Assembly (NCBI GenBank): GCA_002269645.1
Contig: NIVC01000151.1
Location: 310,001 to 374,000, forward strand
Length of the DNA: 64,000 bases
Source of the DNA: Macrostomum lignano
Taxonomy: Eukaryota
Reading direction: 5' to 3'
Shown: piece by piece, positions 51,331-64,000 of the stretch
Layout: every line of letters starts with the position of its first letter
Numbering within the stretch: the stretch's first letter is position 1
The notes under the pieces: model-generated
What the model was told of the DNA's origin: nothing
The model's database searches: none
What the model saw: only the letters and a program-made list of their open reading frames with translations
Made by a program: the position numbers and the translations under genes

Positions 51331-54300
51331 ATTCCTCCCATGAACCATAACATCTCAGGGATTCCCCATGAGTCTTATGGTTGACAGGGCTATTCTTTTT
51401 ATGGTTAAACCCTAACCCAAACCCTACTGAAAGCCACAACAATCCCTAACAATCCCCCCCAATGAGCCTTGACATCTCAGCCATTCCCCCATGAGCCAAA
51501 GTACTTCAGCAATGACTGTTCGCATCTCAATAATTCCCTGAGCCTTGAGCCACAGAACTTCAACAATGCCTGCCTTGACATTGTGATAATCCCCCATAAG
51601 CCTTGATATTTTAGCAATCCCCCATGGGCCCTTTTATAGTTGATTGACATGACAATTATTTAATGCTTAACATAGCACTTCATTTGTGGTGAACATTGTG
51701 CTTCTTTTATAATTAACATGATAGTTATTATATTGTTGAGGCAATTCTTTTATTTTTGAATTCGAACTACTACTCAATACTCATATCAAGCCAGTTATAT
51801 CCAGTTATTTCTTGAGAGTCAATTAGTATCAGTCTGTATTATGAACAGTCTACATTGCAATCTAAGCTGCAATGAAGTCCTGTGCAATGCTAATATAGTT
51901 TATTTTATAGTGAATGCAATTCATGTCAAAGTCATAATTCAGCCAATCAATTAATAATAAAAAGTCTATTATGATACAATCTAAGAATTGAGATTTATTT
52001 ATGATTGTACATGTACTTAGTCAATTTTTGCATTACAATGATCACAATGCATCTATAATAAAAAAATTCAAATTGACCTTTGTAAAGATATGTTTTTTAA
52101 TATGAAATTCCTTTTGCATTGAGCAATATATGCACAATTTTCATGAAAGGTTCAAATGTTTCTTCAATAAGTTATAAACCTACATACCTGATTAATAGAA
52201 AACTCATTTTTAGTATAATTGATTTATAGTGCATTACAACATTAAAAATATTGTAGAATTTTATATATAGTGTATAAATATATACAGGTATAGTAGAATA
52301 TAGTAAAATATGTATATCATAACTAGTTATGACTAAAAAACTATATATATATAATTATTTGCAAAAAAATCATGCAAAATTCTATTATATCTTATGGGTA
52401 TTTATACTAAGTATGAAGGGTACCTTTAGGGCTATAAGTTCAGGAATTCTTTAAAATTTGTTCTTTTCTTTGTTGTATCTATAACTATTGAATGTTATTC
52501 TTACTTGATTAAATAGTTAGAATTTTTAACTATCAAAGGTAACTTAAAAAAACTTTTTCAATAAAATATGAAGAACAAATCATTTTTGCATTTTTATAAG
52601 TTACATTTTAGCTTATTTTTCTATACATTGCCTTTTTAAATTTTTATAAATACAAAACATGCAAGAATTTTAATAGAGTAAATATAGATACCAATATGGT
52701 TATGGAAACATATATATATATTTTTCATGTTCCTATATCTAGGCTACTCAATAACTTCAAATACTTAAGACTTAAAAGACCATTGGAATGATTGCTTTAA
52801 TGTATAAGGGTAAAGCATTAAAAAACTTTCAATATGAAGGGAGCTCTTAAGTCCCTGGGATTAGGGGCTCAAACAATAGATGTTTGATTCCATATGCATA
52901 TTGTGGTAAAGATAGTAAGGGTTAAAGTTTTTTTTTATTTTCAATGCAAGGAGAGTTTTAAGTATCTAGGGGTAAAGACTTACACAAAAAAGATATATAA
53001 AGCCTATGAAAGCTAGAATGAAAACAATTTGAGACTTGCTGCCCAATTATCTTGCAAACCAACTGACAAATAAGTCATTGCTCTCATAGATCTTAGCAAG
53101 CACTGGATATTTTGTTACTTTATAGTTACCTAAACATTGCAAGAAAATATGTCAAAAAGAAGAAAGGAGAAAAGGGAGAGAAGAAAAGGTAAAAAGAAAG
53201 AAAAGAGAGGGAGGAAAAGGAAGGAAAAAGAAGAAGAAAGAAAAGAGAAGAGAAGGAAGATAAGGCAGGGGACAGAGAAAAGAAAAGGGAAAGGAAAAAG
53301 AGAGGAGAGAGAAGAGAGAAAAAAGAAAGGAAAAGAAGAAAAAGAAAGGGGAAAGGGGAGAGAATAGGGAAGAAATGAAAGAAAACAATCAAAAAGGCAA
53401 TCAAGCTGATAGGTACTAAGTGCCACAAATGCATTCTATACTATTTGCAAAATATTCATTATAGTATTCTTATAACCATAATAGCTAGTAAGGCCTAGCA
53501 AAAGTCCCAATGCCTTATCTATGATATTTTTACTAAGTTTCATTGACTGGTGGCACATTGCAACCATAGCAAGAAAGTTAGACTTAAAAAGTCTTAATAC
53601 TTATGTTCTAACACTTAGTAGAATATAATAATCTGCTAGCTGATAGACTAACTTGCTAATCAAGGGTGCAGGCTATTTTGGTGATAGAAGTTTTAATGAC
53701 AATAGTTATTTCAGTGATAAGTTGTTTCTCTGCTAGACATACTTTGCCTTTGGTAAAAATGAGAAATTTGGTAAGTGATTATTTTAGTAATAGGACAAAA
53801 GGATATTTATAATACAAATTTGTAGTTGTTTTGTTAATATTTATGTCCCCAACATTTAAACTAATTTATTGAAGTTTTAATGTACTATTTAAGAAAAATG
53901 GAACCAAAAATTGTTTTATTTTTGCGTAGATTATTTTGCATTTATCCTAGAATATAGAAATTTTCAAAAGACAAGGAAAATAATATGCATAGATAAAAAA
54001 TTGCTATCCTGAAATAATATATAAACAAAATTAAATGAAACAATACATAACCATTTTAGCAAACCACTAAAATTTTAGGTTTCATTACTAAGATTTGCAA
54101 GCTAATTTTCTAATTGCAACCACAATGGCTATTACCAAAAAGGTTATTTTTGTTACCAAAATGACTATAATCTCTAATTAATAAGCTAGGCTCATATATA
54201 TAAAATAAAATAATAATAAGTATTTAAAAACACTAAACTAAAGTCAAGGAAAAGTCAAAACTAGAATATAAATAATATATGTTGTCTTTTGTTGGAGGTT

Positions 54301-54613
54301 TAAATAAAAAACAAACAAGATATTTATATTTTGGCTTGCTGCAGTACAAATTGATGCATAGCATAGGCCTAATCCTTTGCTAAGTAATGATTGACTTACT
54401 TGAATTAGCAATATAGCATGGACAAGGTTTCAAGTATTCAGCAGGAGGCATGGCACCTATTCTGCTAGCTTACCTTAATTTTATATAATTACATTACGTT
54501 CACAAAACTTAAAGCAAAATAAAATATCTTTAAACATGTAGGCCTAACCATATGCCCAATAATACTATCTATGTCGAAATAACTATGCTGTATAAATATG
54601 AGTATATGACAAA

Positions 54614-54772
54614 CAGGGGCGTAGCCAAGGAGGAGCACACTGGGGACATGTCCCCCCTGGATGGGCAAAATTTTTTTTGCCCTTGTATTCTGCTTCCATC
54701 GCTAACATCGGAGATGGATTTATGGCTCTGCCCCCCTCTCCCTGACGTGAATCCTGGCTAGCTACGCGCCTG
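54614..54772. mobile_element. Possible small MITE (CAGGGGCGTAGC...GCTACGCGCCTG)
   Basis: Imperfect 12-bp TIRs; no clean TSD seen. Confidence 0.4.
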
Positions 54773-57700
54773 AATTGACAAATGACTAAGTTCAAAAAGT
54801 AAATAATTACTCACTCTTCTGTGCCCTGTATTCCAAGTTGTTGCAAGCTGATATTCATTATGATAAAATATAACGCTATGAGTTGAATAAGTCGGACTGT
54901 TTCGGACTCGAGACAGAGAACATTACGGATGATGATGATTTTTTCTGTTTGTGTTCGAAGAAACTGCATTAGTTAAAAATGCGGAAAAAAATAACGACTG
55001 AAGGGTAACGATACTGTTGCCAATGCTATAGTTAAAAGCAGGGAGCTTTGTGCCTCGACTTGAACGATTCCTATTTACTGGTGTTTGAAAAACTTTTAGG
55101 TAAAATAAAGCCATAGCAATCGTAGTACTAATGTACTCGAAAATTTGCCTAATAACCTGTAGGTTGCACCAGAATTTGTGTGGCCAAGTACCATCTACAT
55201 ATGAGTATGAATCATGACCTGGCGTCTGCACACAGAGAGTGCTGAGGTAGCGTACGGAGTTAAATAAGTTTGCGGCACCGCTTCAGCATATTTCTCTCAT
55301 TAAATTACAACATGTTCTGGATTCAGACACAAATTAAAGCAAGGACCCCTATGAACACTTGGATAGTCTATAACCTGATTAATTCGATATATTCTAGTCT
55401 AGTAGTCCTTGAAATTAACTTGTGGCTCGATCGTTTACACAAAAAATCCCAATTGGGCTTGTCGTGAAATGTACAACCAAAGGGCCAACCCCAATAGGCA
55501 CAAAGTACTGTACATGTTCACTTGTGAGTGCGCGAGGATTTGTACGTACATGTATGCATGCATTCGTGCGCGAGCTCGGAGACAGCGGCCATGAAGCTAA
55601 CTGCTTTGCCTCGTCCATTTTTGGCTACCAGGCCACTTCGACGTCCCCTGCGATGCGAATTATCCATGCATAAACAGCTGAAGCAACTAACGTTCTAATT
55701 CTCTTCTACCCAATTTGCATACAGTTTTTTTCGTAAATTTAGACATCTTGCATCAACAGTAAAACCGCATATAATCACAAACGGACCAAATTTAAAGATA
55801 CCAACCACTTTCGGGGATATATTGATCCTGTTCAACACAAAGGAGCTTATTTATTTAGTATGAAACAATTGATATTGATGAGGACGCACTTTTTCTCAAA
55901 TCCCGCGCTAGCACATGGGCTCTAAACTTACTAGCCTACAACAGTGGGCGATGGGCATTTTTATCCTTTTTCTGCAAATTTTCATAGAATCTATACTAGA
56001 TATAATGTCTGGTCATACTAGTAGTCATAATAACATAGGCATTGCTTTTTGGGTCATAAATCATCGCTTTCGAAGCTGGTCTGACAGCCACCTGCGCCTC
56101 ACTCAGTGTTGAGACGGGCGCCAGATGGTCTGAGAGGATGCGGGCGGTAGCTTTTTTCTCATCATTTTGACAGGCCATCAAGATTTATGAGGTCAGAGCC
56201 TATTGTTCGGATTCACTCAAGCGTGTGACAGCTTTGACAGCTATGCGTTTTACCCCTAAAAGTACTTTGGGATTAGCGATTAGCAATTTCTCTTCATTAT
56301 CTTCACTTTCTATTTAACAAGAGCTTTCTAATGTATATTTTTTCATTAATTTCTGTCAATCCTACGCGAAAGGCCATAGATCATTTTGTTGCGATTTTGA
56401 GTGATTTATGGCCGCACCTGTCATCTTTTTACGACCCTGTGGGAACTGATAGGATCTCTCGGTCACGTGATTCTGAGTAGCAACAAGCTTGGCCAATCAG
56501 AAAATTCGGCGCTCATTTTAACAAAACGGCTCAGCCAATCAGAATCGACGTGTTCCGTTATAACAAACTGCGGTCCAGTTGGCGGCTATTTAAACCGGAG
56601 TTTTTGGCCCGCTCGGACTCTACTCTTGCTCGGGTCCAGCACGCAACTTCTGGTTCCCGGAGCGCGACCGTCGTTTCTTGATCCCCGGATTGCGACTTCC
56701 CCCCATCATCATCAAGGACGAGTCCCCCGGTCATCAGCAGCGAACATCAAGTGAAGAGCATCACCTGCTAGCTAACAGCGAAGATCGTGACAGCATCATC
56801 CCGAGTCTACAGCTGCAGAGCATCAAACTGATTCGGTCACTGTGGATTACCTGGTCTCCGGCTGTTGAGTTTCTGATTGGTTGGGTGAGAGGCTACCTAG
56901 ACTTGCTTGATTGGGTGATCCCCTATCTGTCCCCTGTTTCAGTAGCTGAATTAGGCGCACACTTTTGCTCATTTTGTTCAGTAGTGCTGTTACTGAGGCA
57001 GAAATCACTTAATAATACTGCTATAGTAGTCTAAACTCCAATTCAATCTAAAGTGTGAAGTGATCTTAGGAGAAGGTTAAATCTAACAGTTATTTTTATC
57101 GGTTTTGTTTCTTTGTTCGCCGATGGCTCAGATGAGTAGCTAAGCTAGTAGGCGCCGGTCACAGTGGACCAATGGCCAGGCAGTCCCCAGTCGATCAATC
57201 AACCAAATCAGTGAGCAAAACTGCCAGAAGTGCAGAATCGGCGCCAGAGATGTACTTTGTGCACTCTAGGTTAGCCAAGCGGCTCGGGTAATGAATCATG
57301 CGGTCTCTGAAGTTCGAGTTAGTCTATCATCAGCGCTATGAGAGGCTAGTTGGCGCGTTGAAGGCCAAAAGTACATATCTTTGTATTTAGCAATGTAATA
57401 GTACATGTAGCTACCCCATAGACTCGCCACTGCAAGAATCCACTGCACAAGTCCCCTCTGTACCTGCATGGCCAATGCGATCTAGTCCCAGCAGTGTCCC
57501 TTATCATCGGCTATGACTTCGAGATTGACAGCAAAAAGACACTAGTTGGCAGGTAAGCTCAAAGCCCCTTCTAGTCGGAAGCCCGATTTCGAGAGTCCCG
57601 GTGTGGTGAGCCAGGACGCACGGGCTGGTGGCAGCGAGTTAGCTTAGTCTGCGGATGAGCTAATTTCTACCTTCAGAATTCTCCCTGCTTGTCTCTCGCT

Positions 57701-59634
57701 GTCCCTCTCTTAGCTATAGGACCTAGACTGCTCGCCACACGATCAAGCTACCATGGGGCTGACCATCTGACAGGAGTGGGGGGGCCAGGACTCTAATTGA
57801 TTTATTTCTGAGGCCTGAGGCCCGAAGGCTTCCTCACAAGGGGCCTGAAAGGTCGAAACCCATCAATATAGTGATATAGTAATAATTGCTTACGTTATGT
57901 ATACTACTCGTTAAATGCGTCATGAAAAATATATATTCTTTTGTTAGCAAATTATTCCTACCTATTGATCATTAAAAGTAGCCTAAATATCGTTTTCTGA
58001 CTCAAATATGCTTATAGTGCTTACTATCTTTAAAAGTTATTGTTAAGAATTGTCCGCCATTTTTGCCAAAATTATTATAAATACACGCACATGAATCGGT
58101 AGAGAGCCCAACTTCTGTGGCCGCCTCTTAGTACTTACTTCTGTGGCTTTGCCTTTCGGCCAAAATGAACAGTTGTTCTAAAAATAGATCAGTCTATGAG
58201 TTATTCCTTTGAAGGCGCCCGCCTTTACCCTTCCCCGAGAGGTCTTGTTCAGCTTTAAGCGTACAGTCACCTCTCCTCTCTTCCCTAGAAGGCATTTGTT
58301 CAGCTATAAGCGTACAGCCTTTTCTCCCTTCCCCCCAGAGAACGTACAGTCCCTTCCTGAGTAATAATTCTAACCCCCTTTCCTTTATCAGTTGGACAGG
58401 TGTGTTGCCTCCCTCCCCCAGATCTCTGATTAACCTGGCGATCTGCCAACTTCTCATCCAGACGCACTGTCTGCTTAGGCGCCCTGCCCTTGTCTAATTC
58501 CCTATTAAGGCACATCCCCTCCATGTCAGCATTCCCTATTAGCTATTAAATTTCCCTTTAGTGCGCCCCGTTTCCCAGGCAACTCCGATCTATCGCGTAG
58601 CCCTCCCTCGGACTAGTTAAGTTAATATAGATTGTGTCTTGCCGCTCGGACACACCACGCCACCAGGAGCAACCTACGGCTTACTCCTGTTAGTAGTATA
58701 AATTGCGCAGTCCGCCCCGAATTCTAAGAAAATCCCGAAAATTCCCAATAAACCCCGACCCCTCTTACAACAGTTTTGGTAGCTGCGTTGTAATAAAACC
58801 ACAGGCAAAAGTTAACCCTATCACAAATTTGGTATCAGCATTAGAATAAAACTTCCCCCCCCACACCCCTACAACACAATGGATTAAAAGCGTATAACTA
58901 AAGGAAACCAGACCAGAAATTAAGCAAAAATGGACGTACATGAGGACGTACATGCACTCTCTGAGAAATAAAGTTTACAGGTTGGGATAAAAAAGAATGC
59001 TGCGGCTGATTTTTATTAGAGCTAATAATAGCAATTCGGTTTAATCATAGGAGTTCTAGGAAAATCTAAAAATGTTTAAACCATTTGTTTTTTTATTTAA
59101 TTACATTTTCGAATATTGGGTATAAGCCACTGCTATTTTTAAACTTAGGAATAAGAGAAAATCCTATATTATTTGTGCACAGTATGACAGTAATAATGTA
59201 GCATGTAGTTGACATGCAGTTCAGTAATTAAAAAGATGCTTAAGCAGAAGTGCAGAATTAAAGTACAAATACGGATGGGTTCATTCGGTAAAATTTGACT
59301 CTATAAGTAAGAATTATAAGCGAATATAGAGCCTGAATAAGAAAGTCTGAGTTTAATTATTATTATCGAATATATAAATTGCACTTAATATTGCAGTGCT
59401 GAGTATGTGGACGGTTTATAGAGACTCGTGGATGATTACGGGCGGGTGCTTAAATGTAAAATATGCAGGAGAGTTAAAACATATACACTAAGGTGCGATG
59501 TTTGTAATCGCGCTTTTAGGTGTTGGTAAGCTGTTGTTATGGTGTTGTTAGGCTGTTGCGATGGTGTTGCGTTTGGCTGTCAAAAATAAGGGTACTTTAA
59601 CTACTGGCTGGTGTTTTTTCTGCGTTTTTGTTCT

Positions 59635-61040
59635 GTTGCTGTGCTCATGGTGCTCTGGTGTTGCTGTGCTCATGGTGCTCTTGTGTTGCTGTGCTCATGG
59701 TGCTCTGGTGTTGCTGTGCTCATGGTGCACTGGTGTTGCTGGGCTCATGGTGCTCTGGTGTTGCTGTGCTCATGGTGCTCTGGTGTTGCTGTGCTCATGG
59801 TGCTCTGGTGTTGCTGTGGTCATGGTGCTCTTGTGTTGCTGTGGTCATGGTGCTCTTGTGTTGCTGTGCTCATGGTGCTCTTGTATTGCTGTGCTCATGG
59901 TGCTCTTGTGTTGCTGTGCTCATGGTGCTCTTGTGTTGCTGTGCTCATGGTGCTCTTGTGTTGCTGTGCTCATGGTGCTCTGGTGTTGCTGTGGTCATGG
60001 TGCTCTTGTGTTGCTGTGCTCATGGTGCTCTGGTGTTGCTGTGCTCATGGTGCTCTTGTGTTGCTGTGCTCATGGTGCTCTGGTGTTGCTGTGCTCATGG
60101 TGCTCTGGTGTTGCTGTGCTCATGGTGCTCTGGTGTTGCTGTGCTCATGGTGCTCTGGTGTTGCTGTGCTCATGGTGCTCTGGTGTTGCTGTGCTCATGG
60201 TGCTCTTGTGTTGCTGTGCTCATGGTGCTCTTGTGTTGCTGTGCTCATGGTGCTCTGGTGTTGCTGTGCTCATGGTGCTCTGGTGTTGCTGTGCTCATGG
60301 TGCTCTGGTGTTGCTGTGCTCATGGTGCTCTGGTGTTGCTGTGGTCATGGTGCTCTTGTGTTGCTGTGCTCATGGTGCTCTTGTGTTGCTGTGCTCATGG
60401 TGCTCTTGTATTGCTGTGCTCATGGTGCTCTTGTGTTGCTGTGCTCATGGTGCTCTTGTGTTGCTGTGCTCATGGTGCTCTGGTGTTGCTGTGCTCATGG
60501 TGCTCTGGTGTTGCTGTGCTCATGGTGCTCTGGTGTTGCTGTGCTCATGGTGCTCTGGTGTTGCTGTGCTCATGGTGCTCTTGTGTTGCTGTGCTCATGG
60601 TGCTCTGGTGTTGCTGTGCTCATGGTGCTCTGGTGTTGCTGTGCTCATGGTGCTCTGGTGTTGCTGTGCTCATGGTGCTCTTATGTTGCTGTGCTCATGG
60701 TGCTCTGGTGTTGCTGTGGTCATGGTGCTCTGGTGTTGCTGTGCTCATGGTGCTCTTGTGTTGCTGTGCTCATGGTGCTCTTGTATTGCTGTGCTCATGG
60801 TGCTCTTGTGTTGCTGTGCTCATGGTGCTCTTGTGTTGCTGTGCTCATGGTGCTCTGGTGTTGCTGTGCTCATGGTGCTCTGGTGTTGCTGTGCTCATGG
60901 TGCTCTGGTGTTGCTGTGCTCATGGTGCTCTTGTATTGCTGTGCTCATGGTGCTCTTGTGTTGCTGTGCTCATGCATGGTGTTCTGGTGTTGCAGTACTC
61001 ATGGTGCTCTGATGTTGCTGTGCTCATTCGTGCTCTGGTG
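59635..61040. repeat. 25-bp minisatellite (GTGTTGCTGTGCTCATGGTGCTCTG)n
   Basis: About 1.4-kb array; explains three Cys/Val/Leu-rich pseudo-ORFs. Confidence 0.97.
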
Positions 61041-61264
61041 TTGCTAGGCTGTTGCTATGGTGCTAGCAAAGTTAAACCAGAGGTTTGGACTCCGGCTCCG
61101 GCTGCTTCTCCTCCGATCCGGCTGTGGCAGCGGCACCGGCGTCTTCGCCTGGCTTATCCTGGGCAGCGGCAGCGGCGGCGGCCGGCTGCTCGGCCTGCGG
61201 GCATTTGGAGTGGCGGAGAAAACTTGAAATCGAATGCGAGAGACAGAATTGCCAAGCAAAGCTC

Positions 61265-62905
61265 TCAGACCTGCTGGCCTCGCCCGCAGGAGGGCAGTCC
61301 GGCAGCCTTCAGCATGAATTCCAAGGGCAGGGCGACGAAGGCGGCGAGGCAGCCGAGCAACAGCACCAGGTAGAGGCCGAGCAGGTCGCCGGGGGCCAGC
61401 GGGCTGGGCCAGTCGGAGGCCTTGGCGGCGCACTGGTCGTCGTTTTTCCGCCACCAGCGGCTCTTCATGCTGTCCAGCTCGCCGTTGGCCTTGACCTTCA
61501 GGATGGCCGCGTCGAATGCCTGCTTCAGGTTGGAGCCTGCGGGATCGCATCAGGGAGGATGTCTGTCAGGGTGCCTGCTAGGGTATTTGCGAAGGTGTTT
61601 TAGGGTGTCTGCAGGTGTCTGAGGGTGTCTGAGGATGTCTGAGGGTGTCTGAGGGTGTCTGCAGGTGTCTGAGGGTGTCTGAGGATGTCTGAGGGTGCCT
61701 GAGGGTGTCTGCAGGTGTCTGAGGTTGTCTGCAGGTGTCTAAGCTCCCGCTGACGTACCCTTGGCAATGGCCAGGCCGATGTCCACGGTGGCGAGGCCGG
61801 TGGGCGAGGACACCAGCTCACACTCGGTCATGCCGTGGTGGTCGGCGGTGATGCCCTCGGCAATCCAGACGTAGCCGCCCTTCCTCACGCGCTGCAGCCC
61901 GTCCTCAGTGCTCTTGACGTTCCAGCTCGGATTGCGGCTCAGGAAGGCGTTGACGGCCAGGAACTCAGGAATGTTGGAGTTCTGAAATTTTCCGGGCAGG
62001 ACGTCCGTGCTTAATAGTTTTAGAGCACTATCGAGGGTGTCAGATCCAGGGTGTCAGATCCAGGGTGTCAGATCCAGGGTGTCAGATCTAGGGTGTGAAA
62101 TCTAGGGCGTGAAATCCACGGTGTCAGATCCAGGGTGTCAGATCCAGGATGTCGGGTCCAGGGCCCGTCAGGTTACTCACAGCCAGCATGGTGGCGGTGG
62201 AGCCGCCGGCCAGCACTCCGTAAGGCACTTTCGACTGCGCCATCAGCTCCTGCAGGCTGCCGAACTTGGCGGAAGCCGTCGGGCGGCCAGCCATCAGGCG
62301 GGTCGCCAGGCCAGCCGTGTAGCAGCAGGCGGTGGCCAGGGCAAACAGCCACCAGGCGAAGGCCAAGGCGCGGGCCGAGGGGGCCTTCGGGGTGCGCGCG
62401 AAGCCTGAGGGTTTCAGGAATTCGCAGAACACGGATTAAACATCACAGATTAAACATCACAGATTAAACATCACAGATTAAACATCACAGATTAAACATC
62501 ACAGATTAAACATCACAGATTAAACATCACAGATTAAACATCACAGATTAAACATCACAGATTAAACATCACAGATTAAACATCACAGATTAAACATCAC
62601 AGATTAAACATCACAGATTAAACATCACAGATTAAACATCACAGATTAAACATCACAGATTAAACATTACAGATTAAACATCACAAATTTAGCATCACAG
62701 GTTAAAAATCCACGACTGCATCCTCACCCTGGATGAAGAGGCCGCCAGTGATGAACGCGAAGGCTCCGCAGCCGGCTTTCCTCGCTTTGGCGACGGTCGA
62801 GGAGGCGCTGCCGGCGCTGCCGCCCAGTTCGTAGGGGGACAGCAGGAAGAGGACGAAGGCCAGGCCGAGGTAGATGATGTAAACCAGCAGTAGCAGCACC
62901 CAGGT
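61265..62905 (-). CDS. Ionotropic glutamate receptor family subunit (M1-M2-M3-S2-M4 part; 5' exons not located)
   Basis: Exons 62728-62905 (TWVLLLLVY..SPYE..GGLFIQG), 62181-62404 (SARALAFAWWLF..CYTAGLATRL..YGVLAGGST), 61759-61981 (GLQRVRKGGYVWIAE..C..IGLAIAKG) and about 61265-61536 (FDAAILKVKANGELDSMKSRWW..C..GLYLVL). Phases are consistent. The C-terminal end is uncertain. Confidence 0.9.
62432..62695. repeat. 14-bp minisatellite (GATTAAACATCACA)n; 10-bp and 15-bp arrays lie in neighbouring iGluR introns (about 61600-61740 and 62035-62155)
   Basis: Direct observation. Confidence 0.95.
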
Positions 62906-62949
62906 CTATTGGGAGAGTAAAACAATATGATTTTGCACAATTTTGAATG

Positions 62950-64000
62950 TTGAAACTTAGAGAGCAAGCAAACCAGGCCTTAATGGACCCAATCACCTGG
63001 AAGGAATTCGAAAGAGAACTTGTGGTGCCGGAGCGCTGAGCTCTAGGCACTGACTAACTAACTATCTTATGCTATGTACGTACGTGCACACCATTCTTTC
63101 CTCTCCCTTCACTCTGACTGGCCATACCCCTAAGCTTCCATGTACTTGTACGTAGTTGATTGTCATCACGTGACTCTATTTTGGTGTTCTATCAGCCACT
63201 GCTCGAGTCATTATTATATAGGCTACTTGCTAGTTCAAATAAACCTTGAGTTTCTTTATGCCAACTACACGGCACGACAGAACTGAACAAAATGAAAAAC
63301 GGCGCACCAGGAGAAGACGAATTAAGACTGATCTACATCAAGACAGCGTGTGAAACAGTAAGAAAAGAATGTTCATTGAAATAACCAGACTGTGGACGGA
63401 ATCGGCGACGAAATGGGGAGAAGGACAAAAGCTAGGACTCATCATCCCGTTACACAAAAAAGGAGACAAAAAATACCTAAACAATTATCGGGGTGCCTGC
63501 CTACTACCGATGACAAGTAGGATCTTGGCAAGAATTATCGCAACCCGAATCAACAGGTGGGCGGAAGAGACCAACTGCCTGGACGAGAATCAAGCGGGTT
63601 TCAGGCGGGACAGGTCGACGATGGACGCCACTCAGACATCCTCAGACTACAGGAAGACGCGAAACTGATCAAAAGATCAGCGGAAATGCAGAGAATGGGA
63701 ACGAAGATGAAGTTAGCGGAGACAGCGATACCGTGGTTAAATTTCTGGATCTAAAAAAAGCATATCCGAGAGTAAACAAGCCAGCACTCTGGCGACTACT
63801 CGCACACCACGAGATGCCAGACAAAATGATCGAGAAACTAAAGGGCCTACATGAGCACACCGCATACAAAGTACACACGGAGAATGGGGATAGTCACATA
63901 TTTTTCCCACACCGGATTACATGAAGGATGCGCGAACTCACCCGTACTTTTTAACATCTACCATCAGGCGGTCATGAGAGCGGCAGAAACAGAAAGAAAG
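62950..64000 (+). mobile_element. Degenerate RTE-like LINE reverse transcriptase fragment
   Basis: DPITWKEFERE|LNKMKNGAPGEDE across the solo LTR, then IIPLHKKGDK..NYRG, ENQAGFR..ST.D and FLDLKKAYPRV..LW. Frameshifted; continues past the window end. Confidence 0.88.
63021..63279. mobile_element. Solo LTR (259 bp) inserted in the LINE
   Basis: Termini TGTGGTGCC...GGCACGACA; 5-bp TSD GAACT at 63016-63020 and 63280-63284; internal AATAAA. Removing it restores the LINE reading frame. Confidence 0.88.

Noticed and set aside
53126-53434. Lys/Glu/Arg-rich and Phe/Ser/Leu-rich ORFs
   Set aside because: Low-complexity polypurine tract within the CpG desert.
56040-57300. Possible DIRS-like recombinase scrap (YRPHPLRPSGA, minus strand) and an LTR-like segment with two CCAAT boxes and TATTTAAA
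   Set aside because: The motif is too short and no paired termini or TSD could be defined; suggestive only.
59380-59530. CxxC..CxxC zinc-finger-like fragment (KCKIC..RCDVC)
   Set aside because: Interrupted by stops, with no splice context; probably transposon debris.
59561-61373. 480-580 aa Cys-rich membrane-like ORFs
   Set aside because: Artefacts of the 25-bp array.

Overview
Eukaryotic (animal) genomic DNA. GT-AG introns packed with unrelated minisatellites, GC-rich exons and the gene content suggest a free-living flatworm such as Macrostomum; this is inferred, not shown. Most long ORFs in the supplied track are tandem-repeat artefacts. By hand-splicing I can support eight host genes: (1) a complete 114-aa neuropeptide precursor with six MSEFV-G-K(R) copies, EFLamide/TRH-like, disguised as a 24-bp repeat; (2) a 10-exon POT/SLC15-type transporter; (3) a 3-exon DEG/ENaC channel; (4) a 4-exon ependymin-related protein; (5) Fezf; (6) a DUF6314-like gene; (7) a Crk-like SH2-SH3-SH3 adaptor; (8) the 3' half of a divergent ionotropic glutamate receptor. 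Mobile DNA comprises an internally deleted Ginger element, a foldback element, piggyBac and Crypton-like remnants, a full Ty3/Gypsy element with a LINE nested in gag, and an RTE-like LINE interrupted by a solo LTR. The most unusual non-genic signals are kb-scale CpG deserts with C>T-biased decay, intronic minisatellites whose units copy splice-donor or stop-codon sequence, and an E-box/CCAAT array upstream of the DUF6314-like gene. All coordinates, counts and alignments were done by eye; no searches were run.
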